Shown piece by piece: positions 28,598-35,867 of a stretch of 64,000 nt of DNA (position 1 is the first letter of the stretch; every line of letters starts with the position of its first letter). The position numbers and the translations under genes were made by a program. This DNA is from Spirochaetes bacterium ADurb.Bin218 (GTDB taxonomy: Bacteria > Spirochaetota > UBA4802 > UBA5550), in contig MWCI01000006.1 of NCBI GenBank assembly GCA_002069965.1, positions 888 to 64,887 on the forward strand, given 5' to 3'. A model generated the notes under the pieces. That model ran no database searches. It was not told the origin of the DNA and worked only from the letters and a program-made list of their open reading frames with translations.

Positions 28598-28705
28598 CAA
28601 GTATTTATTCATTAACTTCTATTAAAATAAAATACTCTCTTACCCCCGAAGCCTTCGGCGGTGAGGATAATTTACACTAAAAATTACATTTAGGAATAAT
28701 TAGTG
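28598..28705 (+). repeat. MITE-like dispersed element, copy D
   Basis: CAAGTATTTATTCATTAACTTCTATTAAAATAAAATACTCTCTTACCCCCGAAGCCTTCGGCGGTGAGGATAATTTACACTAAAAATTACATTTAGGAATAATTAGTG. Confidence 0.6.
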
Positions 28706-28750
28706 AAATAAATAAGATATTTTTAACATGTATAATTACTGTGTCAAATA

Positions 28751-28822
28751 AAAAAATACCGTATGGTATTTTTTTATTTGACGATTTGATTTTCTGTTGA
28801 CAAAAAATACCGTATGGTATTT
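28751..28822 (+). promoter_or_regulatory. duplicated palindromic operator overlapping the promoter of the Mo/W oxidoreductase operon
   Basis: AAAAAATACCGTATGGTATTTTTTT at 28751..28775. AAAAATACCGTATGGTATTT at 28803..28822, preceded by TTGACA (28797..28802) and followed by TATAAA. The arms AAAATACC/GGTATTTT are separated by the spacer gtat. Confidence 0.5.
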
Positions 28823-28853
28823 ATAAAAGCTTTAAGAATTAAAAGGGGGCGTT

Positions 28854-31088
28854 ATGGGACAGTGGAAAAAGAGCGGTTGTGTTTTATGTGCTCAAAACTG
28901 TGGTCTTGAGCTTGAGATAGAAAATAATAGAATTATCAAGGTGCGCGGCGACAGGGATAATCCGAGAAGTAAAGGTTATGTGTGCCGTAAGGGTATGAAT
29001 ATCGCCTATCATCAACATCACGCCGATAGGTTGACATATCCACTTAAAAAAACAGATAAAGGCTTTGTCCAGATAACATGGGATCAGGCTATAGAAGAAA
29101 TTTCTCAAAAGCTTAAAAGCATTATAGATCAATATGGTCCGAGATCTTATGCCTATATGGGTGGAGGAGGTCAGGGTTGCCATTTTGAGGCTGGTTTTGG
29201 TGTAACGCTTATGAGGTTGCTGGGTTCAAAATATCATTACAATGCCCTTGCTCAGGAGTTAACAGGACAGTTCTGGGCCCATGGACGGGCAACTGGTAGG
29301 CAATACAAATTTACAATACCAGATGAACATAATTGTGAGATGTTAGTTGCCATTGGATGGAACGGTATGGTAAGCCATCAGATCCCAAGAGCGCCAATAA
29401 TGTTAAAAGAGATTGCCAGGGATCCAAATAAACTCCTTGTTGTCATTGATCCGCGGAAAAGTGAAACGGCAGAAATTGCAGATATCCATCTGCCAATAAA
29501 ACCTGGCACTGATGCTTTGCTAACAAAGGCTATGATCTCCATTGTGATAAATGAGGGTTGGGTTGATGAAGAGTATATAAAAAATCACGTAAGCGGATAT
29601 GAAGCAATAAAGGGCTGGTTTAAGGATTTTGATGCAAAGTCTGCTGTGGAATTTTGTGGTCTTGATTATTCTCAGGTGAGGGATCTCTGTAAAGAGCTTA
29701 GAGTGAGGAAAAGTGCATACCATCCAGATCTTGGGGTCTACATGAATAGACATAGCACTCTTACCTCTTATCTTCAGATTATATTGTTTACAATTACAGG
29801 AAATTTCTGTGTCAAAGGGGGCAATGTTATTCCTGGGATGCTTATGCCAATTTCAGGTCACAGTGATGAGAGAGATGAAAAGACATGGAGAACTGTTGAG
29901 ACAGGATATCCTGCTTTATGTGGTCTATTCCCTCCAAATGTTATGCCAGAGGAGATACTCTCATCAAAACCTGATAGATTAAGAGCTGTTATGTGTTGCC
30001 AGAGTAATCCGCTTCGTTCCTTTGCTGATACAAAAGCCTATGAGGAAGCCTTTTCAAAGCTGGATCTTCTTGTAGTATGCGAAATCGCCATGACAGAAAC
30101 AGCAAAGCTTGCTCACTATGTGTTGCCCTCAAAATCAGCTTATGAATCCTGGGATGGAACATTCTTCCCATGGACATGGCCGGAGATCTATTTCCAGATG
30201 AGGCGCCCTATTGTTGATCCAGTTGGCGAGCCCTTAGAGATAAGTGAGATTCATACAAGAATTGCAGATAGAATGGGCTTTATTCCAGAGATACCTCAGG
30301 TGCTATATGATGCAGCAAGGGAAAATAGACTGAAATTTGGAATGGAACTAATGAACTATGTTAAAGAAAATCCAGCTGCTGCAAAGGTTCTTCCTTTTAT
30401 AATTGCAAAGACTCTTGGCAAAGAAATGGGTTCCACAAATCTTGCAAGCCTCTGGGCAATGTTGATGAATGCCCCAGGGAGTTTTAAAAAGAGTGCTGTG
30501 CGGCTTGGATTTAACAAGGGTCCTCTTCTTGGAGAGGAATTGTTTAAGGCAATAATAGATCACCCTGAAGGGCTTTGGATTGGAAAATCTGATGAGGATA
30601 ACTTTTCTGATTTAAGCACTGAAGATAAAAGAGTAAATATATTTATACCAGAAATGAAAGATTGGCTTGATGAGCTTGAAGTTGCAAAAGAAAGAGAAAA
30701 GCTGGAGTTTAATAAAAAATTCCCATTCATACTTTCTTCAGGTAGGCATTTCCCATATAATGCTAATACCCTTATGAGAGATCCGCAGTGGAACGATGGC
30801 AAGCGTGCCTGCACCTGTATAATGAATCCTCTGGATGCAGAAGAGTTGGGGCTTAAAGATGGTGATATTGTAAAGGTTGTGACAGAGGCTGCAGAGGTTG
30901 AAATTGAGCTTGAGCTTACAGAAGCAACATGTAGAAAATATATCATGATACCCCATGGATTTGGCCTTGAATATCAGGGAAAAACAACAGGGGTGAATGC
31001 TAATCTTCTTGCAAAGAATACTCACAGAGACCCCTTTGCTGGAACTCCATATCACAGGTATATACCATGTAGAGTAGAAAAGGCATAA
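28854..31088 (+). CDS. cytoplasmic molybdopterin/tungstopterin (MopB, bis-PGD) oxidoreductase of unknown substrate
   Basis: N-terminal 4Fe-4S motif CVLCAQNC...C with no Tat or Sec signal. At 744 aa the length fits, with no in-frame TGA. Confidence 0.8.
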   Translation: MGQWKKSGCVLCAQNCGLELEIENNRIIKVRGDRDNPRSKGYVCRKGMNIAYHQHHADRLTYPLKKTDKGFVQITWDQAIEEISQKLKSIIDQYGPRSYAYMGGGGQGCHFEAGFGVTLMRLLGSKYHYNALAQELTGQFWAHGRATGRQYKFTIPDEHNCEMLVAIGWNGMVSHQIPRAPIMLKEIARDPNKLLVVIDPRKSETAEIADIHLPIKPGTDALLTKAMISIVINEGWVDEEYIKNHVSGYEAIKGWFKDFDAKSAVEFCGLDYSQVRDLCKELRVRKSAYHPDLGVYMNRHSTLTSYLQIILFTITGNFCVKGGNVIPGMLMPISGHSDERDEKTWRTVETGYPALCGLFPPNVMPEEILSSKPDRLRAVMCCQSNPLRSFADTKAYEEAFSKLDLLVVCEIAMTETAKLAHYVLPSKSAYESWDGTFFPWTWPEIYFQMRRPIVDPVGEPLEISEIHTRIADRMGFIPEIPQVLYDAARENRLKFGMELMNYVKENPAAAKVLPFIIAKTLGKEMGSTNLASLWAMLMNAPGSFKKSAVRLGFNKGPLLGEELFKAIIDHPEGLWIGKSDEDNFSDLSTEDKRVNIFIPEMKDWLDELEVAKEREKLEFNKKFPFILSSGRHFPYNANTLMRDPQWNDGKRACTCIMNPLDAEELGLKDGDIVKVVTEAAEVEIELELTEATCRKYIMIPHGFGLEYQGKTTGVNANLLAKNTHRDPFAGTPYHRYIPCRVEKA

Positions 31089-31106
31089 GGAGGAATTTTT
31101 TTATAG

Positions 31107-31697
31107 ATGAACAAGTCCGAGAAAACACGTCAGTATATTATTGAGGTAGCATCTCCCATATTTAACAAGAAGGGTTATGCAGGCACCTCTCTTCGGGATA
31201 TAACTGAAGAAACAGGTCTCACAAAGGGTGCAATATATGGGAACTTTAATGATAAGGATGATCTTGCCCTTGCAGCTTTGGAGTATAATCTTGGGAAGAT
31301 ATCAAAAATAGTTTTTGATGAAACTGCCAGATACACAAATTCCTGCGATAAATTAATCTCAATGGCCGAGGCCTTTAAAAAAAACTATGAATTTTCCGTG
31401 AAGATGGGAGGTTGCCCTGTTGTTAATGCTGCTGTGGACTCAGACGATGGGAATCCTCTATTGAGGCAGAAGGTTGACCGATTTATAAAAAAATGGAAAA
31501 AATTTGTCACTTCAATTATTGATGATGGGAAAGAGAAGAGAGAGATAAAAGCAGAGATTGATTCCAATGCCTTTGCCATGATATTTTTATCTGCTCTTGA
31601 AGGTGGAGTTTTACTTTCCAAGGCTACAGGTAACAGAAAATATATAGATAGCGCTGCAGATCATCTCATATCTCTTTTAAAAGAAATGAGATTATAA
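31107..31697 (+). CDS. TetR family transcriptional regulator
   Basis: HTH IASPIFNKKGYAGTSLRDITEETGLTKGAIYGNFNDKDDL. It sits immediately downstream of the oxidoreductase gene. Confidence 0.8.
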   Translation: MNKSEKTRQYIIEVASPIFNKKGYAGTSLRDITEETGLTKGAIYGNFNDKDDLALAALEYNLGKISKIVFDETARYTNSCDKLISMAEAFKKNYEFSVKMGGCPVVNAAVDSDDGNPLLRQKVDRFIKKWKKFVTSIIDDGKEKREIKAEIDSNAFAMIFLSALEGGVLLSKATGNRKYIDSAADHLISLLKEMRL

Positions 31698-31721
31698 AAT
31701 TTAAATCCATGGGGGTTATTT

Positions 31722-32801
31722 ATGAGTAATATTTATTCTGCATTACAAAAACGATTGGATATGTATTCCCTTGGCTTCCCAGAGACAGAATCAAAAGTAG
31801 AGATAGATTTATTAAAAAATCTATTCTCAGAACAGGAGGCCAGGCTTTTTCTGGAATTGACTCCTGCTCTTGAGACTGCAGAGGTAATTGCTGTGCGTAT
31901 TGGCAAGGAGGTATCAGAGACAGAGCGCCAATTAAACTCTATGGTGAAGAAGGGATTACTTTTTAAAAAAACAAAAGATGGAATTGCAAAATATAGTGCT
32001 ATCCCATTCATGCACGGCTTGCTGGAATTTCAGATTAACCGCATGGATAAAAATTTAGCTCTTTTATTTCAGCAATACTATGATGAGGCTTTAAACAAGG
32101 CTGTGGCAAAAAGCGCAAATATGTTTTTACGTCCAGTTCCTGTAGTGGAGCAAACAATTATCCGCCTTGATGCAACTGTTGAAACAAAATCCCCTGTTGC
32201 AAGCTTTGAGGATGCTGCTGCAATTATACAAAAGGCCCCAGTGATTGCTGTTGCTCACTGTGTTTGTCGTAAAGAAAAAAATATAATAGGAAAGGGATGT
32301 GGCAAACCCATTGAAACCTGCTTTATGTTTGGATCAATGGCAGAGTATTATATAGAAAATAATCTTGGAAGGAAGCTCAGCGCTGATGAGGCTGTGTCAA
32401 TTGTTAAAAATGCTCAAAGGCAGGGTCTTGTAACTCAACCAGGAACAGCTCAAAATCCTGCGGGGATGTGCAGCTGTTGTGGGGATTGTTGTGGCGTATT
32501 GCTATCAATAAAGAAATTCCCAAAACCAGCGGAGATGGTTTTTTCAAATTATTATGCAGAAACTACTGATAACTGTAGTGCCTGTGGTCTCTGTACTGAT
32601 ATGTGTCAGATGGAGGCTATTGAAATTAAAGATAAGGCTCATGTTAATAAAGATCGCTGCATTGGTTGTGGTTTATGTGTTTTGTCCTGTCCAAATGAAG
32701 GAATTCAGCTTATACAGAAAGAGCAAACAAAAAAAATACCTCCAACAACCAGTGGTGAGCAGATGATGGAAATGGCAAAGCAGAGGGGATTGATTAAATA
32801 A
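31722..32801 (+). CDS. iron-sulfur protein with two 4Fe-4S ferredoxin motifs and an additional Cys-rich region
   Basis: CSACGLCTDMC and CIGCGLCVLSCP, plus HCVCRK...GCGKPIETC and CSCCGDCCG clusters. The N-terminal roughly 150 aa are of unknown function. Confidence 0.6.
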   Translation: MSNIYSALQKRLDMYSLGFPETESKVEIDLLKNLFSEQEARLFLELTPALETAEVIAVRIGKEVSETERQLNSMVKKGLLFKKTKDGIAKYSAIPFMHGLLEFQINRMDKNLALLFQQYYDEALNKAVAKSANMFLRPVPVVEQTIIRLDATVETKSPVASFEDAAAIIQKAPVIAVAHCVCRKEKNIIGKGCGKPIETCFMFGSMAEYYIENNLGRKLSADEAVSIVKNAQRQGLVTQPGTAQNPAGMCSCCGDCCGVLLSIKKFPKPAEMVFSNYYAETTDNCSACGLCTDMCQMEAIEIKDKAHVNKDRCIGCGLCVLSCPNEGIQLIQKEQTKKIPPTTSGEQMMEMAKQRGLIK

Positions 32802-32806
32802 AAAAT

Positions 32807-32829
32807 AACGCCACGAATTTCGTGGCGTT
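32807..32829 (-). terminator. intrinsic terminator between convergent genes
   Basis: The stem AACGCCACG/CGTGGCGTT has a 5-nt loop. On the minus strand AUUUUUU follows, terminating the PstS-like gene. Confidence 0.6.
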
Positions 32830-32849
32830 AAAACTATAAGAGTTAAAGC

Positions 32850-33677
32850 CTACTTAAGTGGGATAAAACCAGCCTCGGAAACAAGTTTTTGTCCATCTTT
32901 TCCGAGTATATAATTAACAAAGCCCTTTGCTTCTGCGGAGTAATTGTTTTCGTTTACATACATATAAAGTTTTCTTGAAATAGGATATTTGCCGCTTTTT
33001 CCATTTGCAAGAGTAGCTTTTACTCCATTAACATCCAGGGCTTTTATTGATTTGTCAAGATAGCCAAAGCCAATGTATCCTATGGCTTTTTTGTTATTTG
33101 CCACAGTGTTTACAACTGCACCATTTGATGCCTGCATAAGAGAATCTTTGCGTATGTCTGTTTTTTTCATAACATCCTCATGCCAGTATTCGTATGTTCC
33201 TGAGCTTGAATCTCTTGAGACAACAACTATATTCATGTCATCACCACCAACTTGCTTCCAGTTAGTTATTGAGCCATCATAAATTCCCTTAAGCTGATCC
33301 TTTGTGAGATTTTTAACCTTATTGGAAGGATGAACTATGGGGACAATCATATCGTAGGCAACGACTATTTCTTTAATTTTAAGTCCAGAGGATTTTGCCT
33401 TTTCCAGCTCCTCTTTTTTCATTTCTCTTGATGAATTTGCAATGTCGCATGTCCCTTCAAGCAGAGACTTTATACCATTGCCAGATCCACTACCTTCTAC
33501 AGAGACTGAAACAGCAGGCTTAATTATTTTGTATGCCTCAATAGCCTTCATTGTAATAGGGAGCACTGTGGTTGATCCTTTAATTACAACCTTACCGCTT
33601 TCTGCAGCAAGCAAAGCCCCTGAAAAAGCAAAAGCTATAAGGGCAATGAGTGAAAAAATTTTTTTACGCAAAAACAT
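32850..33677 (-). CDS. PstS-family (PBP_like_2) phosphate-binding periplasmic protein, orphan
   Basis: Signal peptide. GSTTVLPITMKAIEAYK...SVEGSGSGNGIKSL...DIANSSRE motifs of the PstS/PhoT family. No pstCAB is adjacent. Confidence 0.65.
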   Translation of the reverse strand: MFLRKKIFSLIALIAFAFSGALLAAESGKVVIKGSTTVLPITMKAIEAYKIIKPAVSVSVEGSGSGNGIKSLLEGTCDIANSSREMKKEELEKAKSSGLKIKEIVVAYDMIVPIVHPSNKVKNLTKDQLKGIYDGSITNWKQVGGDDMNIVVVSRDSSSGTYEYWHEDVMKKTDIRKDSLMQASNGAVVNTVANNKKAIGYIGFGYLDKSIKALDVNGVKATLANGKSGKYPISRKLYMYVNENNYSAEAKGFVNYILGKDGQKLVSEAGFIPLK

Positions 33678-33773
33678 AGAGTTAATTCTCCTTAATTTTA
33701 AAATTTATTCTATGGAGAATTAACTCTTCTTGTGTAAATTAATTATAAACAAAAAGTTGATTTATTGTAAAGA

Positions 33774-35348
33774 TTATACTCCGTCTGATTTAGACTTTTG
33801 ACTATGCCCAGCAGACTTTACATATTCAATCTTATTAAGGGCATCAACAAAGGACATGATCCCTGCAATGGAAACATCTATGCTCATGCCATTGCCAAAG
33901 ACCTTTATTACATTGCCATTGACCTCTTCTTCTACTGTAACAGAGACCTCGCATAAAGCATCAGAGCCTCCTGTAATAGCCACAAGGTTAAAGGCTTTTA
34001 TATTGGCCTTTGTTCCTGTCATTTTTTTTACAGCATTAACACCTGCATCAACTCCTCCGTTACCATGGGCAACCTCAAAAATAGCCTCAGTATCGCTTTG
34101 ATTGTCTCTTAAGGTTACCAGAGCCATAGGTGGAGAAAACATACCTGTTGAAATCTGAATATTCTTAACAACATATCTCCAGTTCTGTTCTTTTTTGTGA
34201 AGGACTTCCCCAATCATGGCAACAAGATCTTCATCATATATCTCTTTCTTTCTATCTGCAATACATTTAAATTTTGCAAAAAAGGCATCAACCTCCTCTG
34301 GTTTAAGCTCAAAGCCCAGTTCTTTAAGCCTTGAAAGCACAGCATGTCTCCCGGAGTGTTTACCAAGGACAAGTTTTGATCTTGTTATTCCAATATCCTC
34401 AGGTCTCATTATCTCATATGTCATTGCATGTTTAAGTACTCCATCTTGATGAATACCAGACTCATGTGCAAAGGCATTGTCCCCAACAATCGCTTTATTT
34501 GGTTGAACAGATACACCTGTTATATTTACAAGGAGTTTGCTTGTTTGCATAATCTGTTTTGTATTTATCTCTGTATAACAATTGAAGAGATCATTTCTGG
34601 TTTTTATTGCCATTACAAGTTCTTCCATGGCAGTATTGCCAGCTCTTTCACCAATACCATTTACTGTGCACTCCACCTGTCTTGCTCCAGCCTGAATAGC
34701 TGCAAGGGAATTGGCAACTGCAAGTCCAAGATCGTTATGGCAGTGGACAGATATAACTGCCTTATTTATATTTGGAACGTGATCAAAAAGGTATTTAATG
34801 AGATCGTAAAATTCAGTTGGAATTGTATAGCCAACAGTGTCTGGAATATTAACCGTTGTTGCACCTGCCTCTATAACAGCAGAGACCATCTCTGCAAGAT
34901 ACACTCTGTCGCTGCGAGTTGCATCCATTGGTGAAAACTCAACATTTGGGATAAACGAGCATGCATAAGATACAGCCTCAATTGCCTGACGCAAAACCTC
35001 TTCTCTTGTCTTTTTGAGCTGATATTCAATGTGGATATCAGAGCTTGATATAAATGTGTGTATACGTGGGTGGACTGCATTTTTCAAAGCTCTTGCTGCA
35101 GCCTCTATGTCCTTGTTGTTTGCCCTTGCAAGACCAGCAACCTGAGCTTTTTTTACTTTTTCTGCAATGGCACTAACTGCCTCAAAGTCACCATCAGATA
35201 TTACAGGAAAACCAGCTTCAATAACATCAACACCAAGCTTTTCCAGTTGCTCTGCAAATATTAGCTTTTCCTCAATATTCATGCTGAATCCAGGTGATTG
35301 TTCTCCATCTCGTAGAGTTGTATCAAATATTATTACTTTATTGTTCAT
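33774..35348 (-). CDS. leuA: 2-isopropylmalate synthase
   Basis: IIFDTTLRDGEQSPGFSMN HMGL-like barrel, plus the C-terminal LeuA dimerisation/regulatory domain. 524 aa. Confidence 0.85.
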   Translation of the reverse strand: MNNKVIIFDTTLRDGEQSPGFSMNIEEKLIFAEQLEKLGVDVIEAGFPVISDGDFEAVSAIAEKVKKAQVAGLARANNKDIEAAARALKNAVHPRIHTFISSSDIHIEYQLKKTREEVLRQAIEAVSYACSFIPNVEFSPMDATRSDRVYLAEMVSAVIEAGATTVNIPDTVGYTIPTEFYDLIKYLFDHVPNINKAVISVHCHNDLGLAVANSLAAIQAGARQVECTVNGIGERAGNTAMEELVMAIKTRNDLFNCYTEINTKQIMQTSKLLVNITGVSVQPNKAIVGDNAFAHESGIHQDGVLKHAMTYEIMRPEDIGITRSKLVLGKHSGRHAVLSRLKELGFELKPEEVDAFFAKFKCIADRKKEIYDEDLVAMIGEVLHKKEQNWRYVVKNIQISTGMFSPPMALVTLRDNQSDTEAIFEVAHGNGGVDAGVNAVKKMTGTKANIKAFNLVAITGGSDALCEVSVTVEEEVNGNVIKVFGNGMSIDVSIAGIMSFVDALNKIEYVKSAGHSQKSKSDGV

Positions 35349-35499
35349 TTTTAATCTCCATTTTTTTTAATTTAAAACTTCTTAGCTTTAAGCCAGCGAA
35401 AATAGATTTTGCAAAATAATCTATATAATCAAAAAACATCTATTGAAATTAAGACTAAACGGGAAGTTCATTCCCTACACCTCCAATTCATTTAGATAT

Positions 35500-35528
35500 A
35501 AAAAAAGCCGTCACTGTTTCGTGACGGC
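35500..35528 (-). terminator. attenuator terminator of the leuA leader
   Basis: On the minus strand GCCGUCAC-gaaaca-GUGACGGC is followed by UUUUUUU. The 5' arm plus loop can instead pair with the upstream GUUUCGUGAU to form an antiterminator. Confidence 0.7.
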
Positions 35529-35555
35529 TTTCGATTTTTCTATATTAAAAAGACA

Positions 35556-35627
35556 TCACGAAACATGGCCAGCTGTAAGCAGGCTAAGGAGGAGTCCTAG
35601 TAATAGTAAACCCTTTTGTGATGTCAT
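35556..35627 (-). CDS. leucine leader peptide (23 aa: MTSQKGLLLLGLLLSLLTAGHVS)
   Basis: Minus-strand ORF atg aca tca caa aag ggt tta cta tta cta gga ctc ctc ctt agc ctg ctt aca gct ggc cat gtt tcg tga. It has 9 Leu, including runs of 4 and 3. The stop codon overlaps the antiterminator segment, directly upstream of the leuA terminator. Confidence 0.65.
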   Translation of the reverse strand: MTSQKGLLLLGLLLSLLTAGHVS

Positions 35628-35867
35628 AAAAATTACTCTCTAATTGCTAAAGTTAAAACATTTATAGCTTTCTTATGTCAATAAAAAATTTTAAAATTTT
35701 GTTTTTTTGATTAATAATAGTTAATAAGAATATCTTTGATGGTAAAATAGCATTTTAAATATTAGAATGTTTTATTCAATATAGATATTTAATGAATAAC
35801 ATTGATTTTTGAGCTTTTTTGTGAAAGTTTTCAGTGTTTATTCTTTAAGTTTTTTAAAAATAAAGCT

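Noticed and set aside
28854-31088. Looked for an in-frame TGA (selenocysteine) in the MopB oxidoreductase, as in FdhF-type enzymes
   Set aside because: The 744-codon ORF is uninterrupted. No internal TGA or SECIS-like hairpin was seen.
35440-35490. 16-codon ORF (MNFPFSLNFNRCFLII) with a GGAGG RBS between the leu attenuator terminator and leuA
   Set aside because: It is not Leu-codon enriched in a regulatory pattern and has no associated alternative structures. It is likely a chance ORF in the AT-rich leader.
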